This document shows positions 40,734 through 51,200 of a stretch of DNA of 64,000 bases, piece by piece; within the stretch, counting starts at the first letter, position 1, and each line of letters begins with the position of its first letter. The position numbers and the translations under genes were made by a program. This DNA is from Limisphaerales bacterium (GTDB lineage Bacteria > Verrucomicrobiota > Verrucomicrobiia > Limisphaerales > JAJOIW01): the NCBI GenBank assembly GCA_965657355.1, contig CBFHOE010000006.1, positions 143,217 to 207,216 of the forward strand, read 5' to 3'. The notes under the pieces are model-generated. The model was not told the origin of the DNA. It saw only the letters and a list, made by a program, of their open reading frames with translations, and did not search any database.

Positions 40734-41021
40734 ATGATTATGAAATCAGCATATGAATTAGCGATGGAAAGATTGAATAAATCGCAACCAAAAATTACCC
40801 TGACAGAACAACAAAAAGCTGAGATTTCTGAAATCGATAATAAATTCAAAGCAAAAATTGCTGAACGCGAAGTCTTTCTTTCACCCAAAATTGAAGAAGC
40901 TCGATCTCAAGGAGATTTTGAAACAGCGGAGCAATTAGAAAAACAACTTTCTGCTGACAAAAGTAATCTAGAATGCGACATGGAAACAGCTAAGCAAAAG
41001 GTGAGAGACCAAGGGTCTTAA
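40734..41021 (+). CDS. Small conserved hypothetical helical protein
   Basis: MKSAYELAMERL..LTEQQKAEISEI; co-oriented with rsmD. Confidence 0.75.
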   Translation: MIMKSAYELAMERLNKSQPKITLTEQQKAEISEIDNKFKAKIAEREVFLSPKIEEARSQGDFETAEQLEKQLSADKSNLECDMETAKQKVRDQGS

Positions 41022-41038
41022 TTTGAAATAAAATACCA

Positions 41039-41620
41039 ATGAGAATCACGGGTGGCGAAGCTGCTGGAAAATACCTTTCTGTTCCCAAAGGGCTTGGGGT
41101 AAGGCCTACACCAGAGAAAGTAAGGCAAGCTATCTTCAATAGCATAGGAATACTGATCGAAGAGACGAGTATACTTGAGCTTTTCGGAGGATCGGGTGCC
41201 CTTTCCTTAGAATCACTATCAAGAGGGGCGACAAAGGCAGTTTGTGTTGAGAAATCCCCCAAACACGCTCGTTTCATAAAATCAAACGCAAAAGCCTGTG
41301 GCTTCGATTTAGCTTCCTTTGAGGTTATAGCTGGTGATGCTTTTACCCATGCACAACGATTTAAGGATCAAGAAAAAACCTTTGATTTCATTATGGCCGA
41401 CCCTCCATATGGTGACAAAAATGTCGGGTTCAGAAGCCAATCTATCGCTCAAAAAACAGTAGACGATCTCAACCTCCCGTCCGTCCTCAAGCCAGATGGC
41501 CTCTTTATCATTGGGCATGCCAAGCGGGATCAAATCGAGATCCCTATCCACTGGAGAGAAAAGAAATCCCTCAAACATGGCGACAATTGGATTCGTATTT
41601 TAACCTTACCAGAAAGCTAA
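41039..41620 (+). CDS. rsmD: 16S rRNA m2G966 methyltransferase
   Basis: MRITGG, VRPTPEKVRQAIFN, LFGGSGALSLESLSRGA, ADPPY. Confidence 0.92.
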   Translation: MRITGGEAAGKYLSVPKGLGVRPTPEKVRQAIFNSIGILIEETSILELFGGSGALSLESLSRGATKAVCVEKSPKHARFIKSNAKACGFDLASFEVIAGDAFTHAQRFKDQEKTFDFIMADPPYGDKNVGFRSQSIAQKTVDDLNLPSVLKPDGLFIIGHAKRDQIEIPIHWREKKSLKHGDNWIRILTLPES

Positions 41621-41627
41621 AACATAT

Positions 41628-41685
41628 GGAGTGCGGGGTCTCCCCCGCACTAAGAATTTTAAGTGAGGCACCCTGAAAGGGCGAT
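41628..41685. repeat. REP-like hairpins after rsmD
   Basis: AGTGCGGGG-tctc-CCCCGCACT and CCCTGAAAGGG. Confidence 0.45.
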
Positions 41686-41794
41686 AAATCATCAATGCTT
41701 CTTCACTTCAATCATAACATCCACATGTGACTCGAATATTATACATAATACCCCTTTGGGGTTTTACAAAATGGTCTGAATTTTTAAATAGACC

Positions 41795-43180
41795 TTATTC
41801 GCCACATCTAAAAAATGTGAGATAAGGATCTTTGTTGGCCATTCTTTTGATGAGAAGGGCAAGCTCTCTGGCGTGGTAATCCCCCCACATGGAACTTTCG
41901 CCATTTGGTATAATTTGTCCTCTTGCAATATGATCCCAGCCATTTGGGCGGTGATAGATCGAATGAAGCAAAAGCCCCTGGTGTTTTGCATTCGTGCTTA
42001 AATAGGGTTCATCAAATAAAGTTTTGGCTACTGTGAGCCCCGCTTGACGATATCTTTTTCCGTTTTTGGTGTCTTTATTGGATTGGTAATAATTTCCCAG
42101 CCTTATCAACCCTTGCGCTGCAATGGCCGCCGCAGACGAATCGACAGGCTCATGTTTATTATAAGGATCGGAGATTTCCTTGGTATAATCGCCGAGCTGG
42201 TGGACATTTGGCGCTCCCGTGTCCCAAACAGGAATGCCGTCTGCGTAACTGTTATTAATATAAAAATCAGCAGTCACCCTGGCGGCTCTGAGAAGAGTCT
42301 TTTCGAATTTTTCTGGGTCGACAATATTGGCGATTTCTTTTTTAGGGACGGTTTGATAAAATTCTAATTGCTCGGCAAAACCACATATTGCCCAGGCTAG
42401 TCCTCGAGTCCACGTTGAGAATGGAGAATAACCTTGCTGTGAGTTCGGACACCTGAAGAATCCATCATTAAGATTGAAAATACTTTCATGCGCTGTTCTC
42501 CCTGGTATGTCGTAAGCGTCGCGTTTTTCACCATAATATATAGAATACTGCGCTGTGACGTCAGCGTGATGAATAGCTCTCTCAAGCAAAGAAATTGGTT
42601 CGTCATGCTCTCCCATCAAAGCGTGTCCCAATTTATATGCCACACAAAGACTTCTCAAAGAACGAATGGTATCTATAAATAAAGAGTGTGGACCGTTGAA
42701 AGAATAGATGTATCCGCGACCTGAAGAATCTAGATTTGTCCAGCGAGCCGCCTGAACGGCACCAGAAACCTTAAGCGCTAATTCATAAAAATTTCTTTCA
42801 TACTCATTATTTGGAATAATTCCTTCTCTCATGAATCTCAATAAGTTCCCGTAAGTCGAAACATTATTGAAACCGTGATCGTGAACTCCTATGTGGGAAA
42901 CATGCGAAGCCATGAGATCTACCGTTTTTTCTTTGCCAATATCCAAAAACTGCTCATTTTCGGAGGCTTCAAACTGCAGTATTGCAGCTCCAAACTGGAA
43001 TCCTTGTGTCCACTCCGTCCAACCGCGTGTCGTGTATTTTCCCCTAATCGTAAAGACTGGGGTTCCATTCTCAGGTTTCCAATTTTTTTCGATACTCAAA
43101 ATCTTCTTACCCGAAAGTAAAAAAAGGTTCCGAATAGGGTCCAGTAAATCTGACGCTTTTAGTAAGTTCTCAATTTTCAT
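41795..43180 (-). CDS. Glycoside hydrolase family 88-like (alpha/alpha)6 protein
   Basis: WTQGF, HDHGF, WTRGLAW, DSSAAAIAA, WGDY motifs of GH88. Confidence 0.8.
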   Translation of the reverse strand: MKIENLLKASDLLDPIRNLFLLSGKKILSIEKNWKPENGTPVFTIRGKYTTRGWTEWTQGFQFGAAILQFEASENEQFLDIGKEKTVDLMASHVSHIGVHDHGFNNVSTYGNLLRFMREGIIPNNEYERNFYELALKVSGAVQAARWTNLDSSGRGYIYSFNGPHSLFIDTIRSLRSLCVAYKLGHALMGEHDEPISLLERAIHHADVTAQYSIYYGEKRDAYDIPGRTAHESIFNLNDGFFRCPNSQQGYSPFSTWTRGLAWAICGFAEQLEFYQTVPKKEIANIVDPEKFEKTLLRAARVTADFYINNSYADGIPVWDTGAPNVHQLGDYTKEISDPYNKHEPVDSSAAAIAAQGLIRLGNYYQSNKDTKNGKRYRQAGLTVAKTLFDEPYLSTNAKHQGLLLHSIYHRPNGWDHIARGQIIPNGESSMWGDYHARELALLIKRMANKDPYLTFFRCGE

Positions 43181-43221
43181 TCTGGCTATACCGCTTATAT
43201 ATTAAAAAGTTAAATGATTGG

Positions 43222-44370
43222 TTATATTAATTCTGGGACGTCCACCCATGCTCTTTTATCCCAGCTCTCCAACCCCTTTTGCGCGAGCTGTACTCCCTTC
43301 GCTCCTTCAAGCAAATTCCAAGGAAACGGAGAGTCTGTAATCACGTGTTTGATGAAATGTTCCCATTGAACTTTGAAAGCATTATCGAAGTCTTCTTGTT
43401 CTGGAACTTTCGACCAGCCCTCATAAAAATTTATTGGTTGCGGAATGTCGGGATTCCAAATTGGCTTAGGTGTATTCCCGTAGTGTTGCGTGTAAACATC
43501 TCTTAAACCTGCCACGGCAGATCCATGAGTACCATCGATGTGTAGCGTTAATAAGTCATCTCTTCTAACTCGAGTTGTCCAGGAAGAATTCAGATTGACG
43601 ATAATATTTCCCTCTAGTTCAAACTGTGCATAAGCGGCATCATCTGCAGTACACTTATAAGAATTTCCATTTTCATCAACTCTCTCTTCAATGTGCGTAG
43701 CTCCCATACAATTAACGGATTTTACTTTCCCGAAAATCTGATCTAGAACGTATCTCCAGTGGCATAACATATCCACGATAATACCTCCATCATCCTCCTT
43801 TCTGTAATTCCACGATGGCCTCTGTGCTGGTATCGTGTCCCCTTCAAATACCCAATACCCAAACTCCCCTCGGATAGATAAAATTTTCCCAAAGAATCCT
43901 TTATCGATCAGTCTTTTAACTTTGACTAAACCGGGTAACCAAAGTTTATCCTGAACGACTCCGTTTTTAATTTCTTTATCTTTGCAAAGTTTATAAAGGT
44001 CGATGGCCGATTTTACGTCTGTCGCGCAAGGTTTTTCGCAATACACATGCTTTCCAGCTTCCACTGCCTGACGAACAGAAGGTACGCGACGACCAGTCGT
44101 TTGCGCATCAAAGTAAATATGCATGTCATCGCGTGCCAGGCATGCATTCAGGTCTGTTGAATATGCTTCAACCCCACTTCGATCGCACAAGGCCCGTAAT
44201 TTTGCTTCATTTCTCCCAACCAAAATAGGATTCGGTATAATTTTTCGTCCTGGCGAAACCTCAACGCCTCCTTGTTCAATTATTTTTACAATGGACCTAA
44301 GCAAATGCTGGTTGGTTCCCATTCGCCCGGTGACACCATTCATGATGATACCAATTTTTTCTGAACTCAT
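43222..44370 (-). CDS. Gfo/Idh/MocA oxidoreductase
   Basis: IIMNGVTGRMG, YCEKP, QDKLWLPG, DMLCHW; start moved to 44370. Confidence 0.9.
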   Translation of the reverse strand: MSSEKIGIIMNGVTGRMGTNQHLLRSIVKIIEQGGVEVSPGRKIIPNPILVGRNEAKLRALCDRSGVEAYSTDLNACLARDDMHIYFDAQTTGRRVPSVRQAVEAGKHVYCEKPCATDVKSAIDLYKLCKDKEIKNGVVQDKLWLPGLVKVKRLIDKGFFGKILSIRGEFGYWVFEGDTIPAQRPSWNYRKEDDGGIIVDMLCHWRYVLDQIFGKVKSVNCMGATHIEERVDENGNSYKCTADDAAYAQFELEGNIIVNLNSSWTTRVRRDDLLTLHIDGTHGSAVAGLRDVYTQHYGNTPKPIWNPDIPQPINFYEGWSKVPEQEDFDNAFKVQWEHFIKHVITDSPFPWNLLEGAKGVQLAQKGLESWDKRAWVDVPELI

Positions 44371-44389
44371 TTTATATTTTATTATTAAA

Positions 44390-45232
44390 TTATTCTTCTG
44401 TTTCCTCTGACACATTTAGTTTTCGCCAAGCCGAAATAATCTTGTCGAGGAATTGGTTTTGGTCTGACTCCCAATAACGATTCGAAAATATTTCTACTTC
44501 ATGAAAACCATGAAACCCTGATTTTTCAACCACAGCTGCAATACCTTTTAAATCAATACATCCTTCTCCCATCAGCCCTCTATCATTGAGCAAATCTAAA
44601 GTTGGAGTTTTCCAATCACAGATGTGATATGAGAAAAGTTTGTTGTGTAAACCTGATCTCATAATTTCTTTTTCTAATTGAGGGTCCCACCATGTGTGGT
44701 AAGCATCTAAGGTGACCCCAATGGCGTCGTGATCTAATTGGATTGCCATGGTGTTGGCTAAACCCAGAGAGTTAATCGCAGAGCGATCGTCACTATACAT
44801 CGGGTGCAAAGGCTCAATACCTAGCTTGACCCCAGCCTCACTTGCGTGATCTAAACAAGTTGCAATGCCGTCCAAAATCTGGCCCCTAGAAATTTCTAAA
44901 GGCTGACCAGGAACAGCACCACATACCAAAACAATCAAAGGAGCACCAAGTTCATATGCCTCATCAATAATCTTAAAATTTTCATCAATTGCTTTCTGTC
45001 TTTCAGAAACATCGACTGCTGGAAAAAATCCTCCTCGAACATAGGACACCAAACTGAGGCCTTCAGAGCGAACCATCCGAGAAACCTCTTTCAAGTTCTT
45101 TCCTTCGACCACATTCCTCCATATAGAAACACCACCAATACCTGCTCTCCCATAATTCGTGAGACATTCTTCAATTGACCAGGGTTTGTTGGTCATAGTG
45201 TGAATACAAAGGTTTTCTAAATCATTGTTCAT
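44390..45232 (-). CDS. Sugar phosphate isomerase/epimerase (xylose isomerase-like TIM barrel)
   Basis: IEPLHPMY, DAYHTWWD, HICDW, DRGLMGEG, EVEIFS. Confidence 0.9.
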   Translation of the reverse strand: MNNDLENLCIHTMTNKPWSIEECLTNYGRAGIGGVSIWRNVVEGKNLKEVSRMVRSEGLSLVSYVRGGFFPAVDVSERQKAIDENFKIIDEAYELGAPLIVLVCGAVPGQPLEISRGQILDGIATCLDHASEAGVKLGIEPLHPMYSDDRSAINSLGLANTMAIQLDHDAIGVTLDAYHTWWDPQLEKEIMRSGLHNKLFSYHICDWKTPTLDLLNDRGLMGEGCIDLKGIAAVVEKSGFHGFHEVEIFSNRYWESDQNQFLDKIISAWRKLNVSEETEE

Positions 45233-45324
45233 TTAATTTTCCTATCAGCAGAAGCTATATCGATACTTTAAATTATTCTTTACCAAAACGGTCAAATGTT
45301 CTTTCTGGCTTTATAAAATCACAC

Positions 45325-46116
45325 TCAAATGGCTCGTAAATGAAAACCCCCATCAACATTAAAAACCTCTCCAGTACTGAATGGGAACGCGCCACTTGCA
45401 ATAGCTGTTACAGCAGAGGCTACATCCTCCGGTTGACCCCATCTCTTGATGGGCCATAACCCATCTTCAATCAACTTGTCATATTTAGCCTGAACCGGTG
45501 CCGTCATATCCGAGGCAACAACGCCAGGGCATACCTCGTAAACTCCAATTCCCTCGTCTGCTAGCCTAACAGCAAAAAGCTTTGTCATCATTCCCATGGC
45601 TGCTTTCGCCATGCAATAATCTCCTCGGTTTGTGCTGACCGCCCAGGAACTAATGGAACTAATATTGATAATTTTCCCAATGTGACCACTTTCTGGATGT
45701 GCTTTTGTTTCGATCATCCACCGCGCTGCTAATTGGCTCAGAAAGTATGGCCCCTTCAAATTAATTGCCATGAGCTTGTCGAAATTTTCCTCATTTGCCT
45801 CTAGCACATCAGCTCTTCCAATAGATGTAATCCCTGCGTTATTGACTAAAAGACTTAGTCTATCAAAATTTTTCCTGGCTTGTTGGATCAAGTGCTCTCT
45901 TTCTGAGGCAACTCCTATATTTGCCTTAATTGTCTGAACCTTTATTAACTTTCCTGATGCCTCTGCCGCCTCAAGACATTTATCTTTCGCTTCCTCGGCC
46001 TTCTCAGGACTTGATGCGAAATTGATGACTAAATCATATCCCTCTGCTGCTAGACCAATCGCTATTCCTCTCCCTATTCCTCTTGATGCTCCTGTGATAA
46101 TGGCGGATGGATTCAT
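45325..46116 (-). CDS. Short-chain dehydrogenase/reductase
   Basis: ITGASRGIG, NNAG, YCMAK; true start MNPSAIITG at 46116. Confidence 0.92.
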   Translation of the reverse strand: MNPSAIITGASRGIGRGIAIGLAAEGYDLVINFASSPEKAEEAKDKCLEAAEASGKLIKVQTIKANIGVASEREHLIQQARKNFDRLSLLVNNAGITSIGRADVLEANEENFDKLMAINLKGPYFLSQLAARWMIETKAHPESGHIGKIINISSISSWAVSTNRGDYCMAKAAMGMMTKLFAVRLADEGIGVYEVCPGVVASDMTAPVQAKYDKLIEDGLWPIKRWGQPEDVASAVTAIASGAFPFSTGEVFNVDGGFHLRAI

Positions 46117-46189
46117 ATAAAACACACACTCCCTCGATTGATTGGATAAGTAAAATATGATAATAGAATGAAATACATAATATTTTCTT

Positions 46190-47083
46190 ATGGAACTATA
46201 CCAGTTGGAATATTTCAAAAGAGTGGTTGAAGAGCGCAATATTACCCGAGCTGCTGAGTTTTTACGTATTGCGCAACCTGCTTTATCGCAACAAATTAAG
46301 AAGTTAGAAGCAGAATGCGGGACATCGCTTTTAGTGCGTGGTAGGAAACAAACCATTCCCACACCGGCCGGGCAGCACCTATATGAGAGAGCCCAGATAA
46401 TTTCGGATATGGTCGACCAAACGCTCTCGTCAATTCAGGAGATGAATATTCTAAAATTTGGTACGCTCAAAATTGCGACAATCCCGAGCGTCAGTTCCAC
46501 TCTGCTTCCTAGTTGGATTTCAGAATATAGAAACCAATACCCGAATATTGATATTGTTCTCAAAGAGGGGACAAGTGCCCAGGTTGAGCAGTGGATAAAA
46601 CAGTCAGAATGCGAAATAGGGTTCTCACAAATGCCCACTACCATTAAGGGTATTGACGTTATTGAAACAAAAATAGAACGTTTCGTGGTTTTGCTGCCAA
46701 AATCGCACAATTTTGCCCACGAGCAGGAGATAAGTTTCTCAAAATTGAAAAGCGAGCCTATGATTTTATATCGAGGGGGCAGATTGGCCGATTTTGTCTT
46801 AGGCCAATATCACTCAGTCGGATGGGAACCCAAAATCATATGTGAAACGTCTGAGCTCGCAACTTTACGTGCACTTGTGAGTACGGGTATTGGGATTGCC
46901 ATACTGCCGGAGCTTGCTGTTTTGAGGGATAATGCGGATAAATCAATGACTCATATACCAATGAAAGATAAGAAATTTAAAAGGATTATCGGGGTTATTC
47001 AGCGCAAGGACGTTGACCTTTCTGCTGCGGCTAAAACTTTTGTTTCTGATGCTGCTCCATTTTTAAATGACGGATCAAAATAA
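46190..47083 (+). CDS. LysR family transcriptional regulator (divergent from the SDR operon)
   Basis: LEYF..NITRAAEFLRIAQPALSQQIKKLE. Confidence 0.95.
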   Translation: MELYQLEYFKRVVEERNITRAAEFLRIAQPALSQQIKKLEAECGTSLLVRGRKQTIPTPAGQHLYERAQIISDMVDQTLSSIQEMNILKFGTLKIATIPSVSSTLLPSWISEYRNQYPNIDIVLKEGTSAQVEQWIKQSECEIGFSQMPTTIKGIDVIETKIERFVVLLPKSHNFAHEQEISFSKLKSEPMILYRGGRLADFVLGQYHSVGWEPKIICETSELATLRALVSTGIGIAILPELAVLRDNADKSMTHIPMKDKKFKRIIGVIQRKDVDLSAAAKTFVSDAAPFLNDGSK

Positions 47084-47137
47084 ATTCGCAACCAAACCAA
47101 TCCATGGTTTGATTATCCTATAACTGATTTATAAGCA

Positions 47138-47629
47138 ATGAGCCCATTAGCCCAGAAATATGAATCAAACGGCTACTACGGAATAGGAATTCTCTATTCT
47201 GATAACCAACTCAATGTGGGTACTCTTTGGAGGTCCGCATTCATTTTAGGTGCATCATTTATCTACACAATAGGTAGAAAATACCGTGTCCAATCCAGCG
47301 ATGTGACTAAGTCGTGGTCAAAACTCCCACTCTATCACTATTCAGATTTTGATCATTTTTTCGAAAACCTACCATACAAAATAGAACTCGTAGGTATCGA
47401 AATGACCCCCAATGCCAAACCCCTCGATAAGTTAGAGCACCCCAAACGGGCTGTTTACCTTCTGGGAAATGAGAGATCAGGTTTATCCGACAAAGCCTTA
47501 GAGAGATGCCGTTATGTTACCTATCTCCCGGGTGAATTTAGTTTAAACGTCGCCGTTGCGGGAAGTATCGTTATGTATGATAGAATTTCAAAAATACCGA
47601 CACCTCTTCCCAGGCGGGTGAAGGAATAA
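47138..47629 (+). CDS. TrmH/SpoU family RNA methyltransferase
   Basis: NVGTLWRSA, LGNERSGL, SLNVAVAGSIVMYDR. Confidence 0.92.
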   Translation: MSPLAQKYESNGYYGIGILYSDNQLNVGTLWRSAFILGASFIYTIGRKYRVQSSDVTKSWSKLPLYHYSDFDHFFENLPYKIELVGIEMTPNAKPLDKLEHPKRAVYLLGNERSGLSDKALERCRYVTYLPGEFSLNVAVAGSIVMYDRISKIPTPLPRRVKE

Positions 47630-47701
47630 ATATTTTATTAGTTTGTTAAGCTAAGCGAATTTTTGAGTGTGTAAGCATCGATTTGAGGCCATTTTTTAAA
47701 G

Positions 47702-48103
47702 ATCACTAAAAACAATTCTTTCTTGCTTATTCATTATGACGGCTTCCGCGGTAACGATAAAGTAGACGTGCTAGGTGGAAGTTTTCTTGAGATAACAGAA
47801 TTCTATGGTGAGGGCTTACCAAATAAAGTAACTGCCTAGGGTATTGAGTATAACTACACATAGGATTACTAGAACGGGATTCGCACAAAATATATTGAGA
47901 CAGATGGCGTTTCTGGTAACTCCACAAACGATAGTAAACAGGAATGGATATATATCGACAAACGTCTTTATCAGGTCAAGTTCAGCCAAAGCCCTTCAAT
48001 CACTAGAACAACAACTTACACTTGAGATGAGTTCGGACGGATTCCTACGGAACATAAGGACGGAGTCAACCAGACCACAACTCAAAATCCTGCCGCACTA
48101 TAA
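47702..48103 (+). pseudogene. RHS/YD-repeat protein fragment with four in-frame stops
   Basis: One frame: IHYDGFRG..KVTA*GIEYNYT*DY*NGIRTK..ITRTTTYT*DEFGRI.. Confidence 0.6.
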
Positions 48104-48108
48104 AAAAA

Positions 48109-48130
48109 TCGAGTAGGATATCCTACTCGA
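48109..48130. repeat. Perfect 22-bp palindrome
   Basis: TCGAGTAGGATATCCTACTCGA. Confidence 0.85.
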
Positions 48131-48231
48131 GGTTAAATTTTGGGAGAATTTGTTTCGTTCGCTATGCGAAGAACCCCCTGAATACATTTCAATCCATTTG
48201 TAGGAGTGAGGTAAAGGGAAGGGGTCTGTGC

Positions 48232-51200
48232 TTATTTTAACGAGCTCAAAAACTCAACCAGATCTCTGAGCTCTTTTTTGCTGATTGCGAGGTGCAACAT
48301 GCCCGGCATTCCAGATGGGCCTCTTTCGCGTGAATCTATCATTGCCTTGTCAATTTCCACCGGTCCTTCATCTGGGGTGTTTATGATTAAAACATCGTCA
48401 TTTTCTTCCGCAATCGTGCCTGCAAAAACCCCTTCAAGTGTTTCGACAATAACGGTCTCATAGCCATCAGCAATAACGCTATTCGGGGCGGCAATGGATT
48501 CCAAAATTTGCATTCTCGAATACTTGCTACCGATGCCATCGAGGACAGGCCCAACTTCACCTCCAGAGCCACCGGCCATGTGGCATCTCATGCACTGAAC
48601 CGTTTGATTCTCTCTGAAGACTTTTTCCCCGCTTTCCGCATTACCGCCCACCAATGTGACGGAATGTGTAGATTTCCAATCCTCGGCATCAAGTGTTTTT
48701 TCATAAGCTTTAACAGCGCTTGTTAAAGATTTTTTTGATGAGGATGACATGGCGTCTAACACATCTAGTTGCAGCTCTTTGGCAAGTTCCCCCGATTTTA
48801 TTCCATCCAAACCTTCCAAAAGTAACGCTTCAGCTTCCTCGGAATCAATAAATGCCAGTGTTTGGTAGGCTGCTTGTTTTTCTCCAACAGAACCTTTATT
48901 CAGGGTTTCTTTTAGAAGCTTAACGGCTTGGACAATATTAATTTGTGGTAGTAGCTTCAAAGCTGCTTCTTTCAGCCTGTCATCGGAGGCTTTTAAGCTG
49001 TAATTCAAAGCCATGAAAAGATCAGCCCCGCCCAATGTGCCCAAGGCATCTAATGCTGCCGCTCGTGTTCTTCCTTGGAAGCCTGAATTCAATACAACTT
49101 TAGATAAAAGAGGACTCAAAGATTTTGCATCTAAGTTTTTTGCTGCCGATGCCATTGTTTCAATGACTTTGTCATTTTTTGATGCGATTACCTCTTCTCC
49201 AATGGACTCCAAAGCAGCTATGGCGTGGTCAGGTTTCCTTGAAGATATCTCCTTTCCCTCCGCATCTTTTATTGGCCGGAATGTCCCAACAACACGATCT
49301 CGGCGTACTGTGGTAACTCCAGTCAATTGCCAGTCTTTTAATGCATTCAGAGCCTGAATTCTCAGACGGTTTCTGATTTTATTGTTTGATGCGATTTTTG
49401 ATAAATCCGTTGCAGTCTCTTCAGATCCGATTCTAAAAGCTGCGTTTATGCCTCGTGATATGGTTGGCTCAACTTTGTTGCGAAATGCTCTGTCCAAGTC
49501 TTTACGATCTTTCGGAGTTGCCACCTTGGCCAAACTAGAAATCTTTTCCGCCTGATCGAGAGTTTTGGCCAATGATGGGGTTGCTGTTTCAATCGAAAGG
49601 TCATTGATGGCCCGCGCTGCCTCAGCCACAACAAGAGGGTCCCGCTTTGTTATATCAAGGTAGTTAGATAACAAATCTGACTCGTGCATTCTAAGAGCAA
49701 GAGCTCCGACCATCTGAAGAGCAGGGGAAGTTTCGGGACCGGTCAATTCCAAAATTTCCTCAGGCTTAGCAGTTCCTGACATTCCGTAGGAAAGTGCATG
49801 CCTCAACCACGGATCGCTGCCGGCATCGGCGATGGCAATTTCTGAGATTTTCTTGGAAGCCGATAAATTTTCACCTAGCTTGCCAAGAGAAATGGCTGCC
49901 AGCGATTGAACTCTCGAACTGGTATCAGATAATAAATCTATCAAAACATTCCGACCAATAGCGTAATTCGCGTCCCCAATAATTCGCGCTAGTTGAACTT
50001 TAACTTCTTCTTCTTCTGAAGCTCTCAATCCAAGGAAGTCTGAGAGCACGTGTGGTGTTTTTCTGGCTATCTGTCCAGTTGCCCAAATGGCATGGATGCG
50101 TGCATGTAAATTTTTTGAGTTGTAAGCAATCTCCCTCAATGATGATAGTTCTGATCGCCCACGATTTGCCAGCTCCCATTGAGCTTCAAGGCGAACCTTC
50201 ATATTCTGATGACCCAATAATTGAAGGAGGTCTTTGGACTCTCTTCCTTCAAAACCATCTCTTAACAATTGAGACGTTTCGGCGACGATGGGATTTTGCA
50301 GTTCGTCCTCATGCGCTAGTCTGTAGATTCGTCCCTTATTAGATTTTGGCCAACCAGAATTCCAATCCGTCCAGTAAAGAGCTCCATCTGGTCCAAAATC
50401 CACATCCGTTGGAAGGCAATTCCAAACCACATGATCGTAGATCTCGCGACCCTTATCATCGAGATCTTGAACAATTGAAAAACCTGCACCACCGGGAGCA
50501 ACTCGGTAAGCTGTTATTCCACTTCTGCTCGTCGTGCCGTTGAAGTGAGTGACCAGGATCGCCCCATCGTATTCTTTAGGAAGGCCAGTACCATAATTGT
50601 AAACTATCCCAGATGGCCCATTATCTATATTTGTAATCGGAGGTAAGCAATAAGCGGCTCTTCCGTCAAAGTGAGGGCGCCATAGCAATTCGCGATTCCA
50701 TGGTCCACCACTCCCAAGCGGATTGTGTTGGTAACCAACGCGCCATCCCGAATCACTTCCCTCCATAACATAGACTAATCTCTCTCTGTCCCCTTGATCT
50801 GAATCATTATCGCCAGTGAAAAGGTTTCCAAACTCATCAAATGCTAATTCCTGAGGGTTTCTCAATCCGGTTGCAAATAATTCAAGCTTCGAGCCGTCTA
50901 ATTCACATCGAAAAACTCCCCCTTCATCGGGAATGTCGAGCAATTTACCTTCTTTCGTTAATACACTTGCGCCTCGGTCACCGCAGCTAAAATAGAGTCT
51001 TCCATCCGGTCCTATGATCAGGCCGTGTAAATCATGACCTGTTAAGCTAAACCTGACGCCGTATCCCGTACTCATTTCATCGCGAGTCTCGGCAAATCCA
51101 TCATTATCTCTATCTTCCAAAACCCAAACACTCGGAATGTTGGTGAAATAGACTTTATCGTTATGGGTTAATACACCAGAAGCTATGCCATCCAATATGG

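Noticed and set aside
41728..41758. dif-like sequence around TATACA
   Set aside because: The XerD arm TTATGTTAAAT is not matched, and the region appears origin-proximal.
46117..46362. N-terminal extension of the SDR ORF
   Set aside because: It is antisense to the LysR gene; the Rossmann motif starts at 46116.
47727..48116. Track ORFs 47727-47927 (-) and 47844-48116 (+)
   Set aside because: They are off-frame shadows of the YD-repeat fossil.
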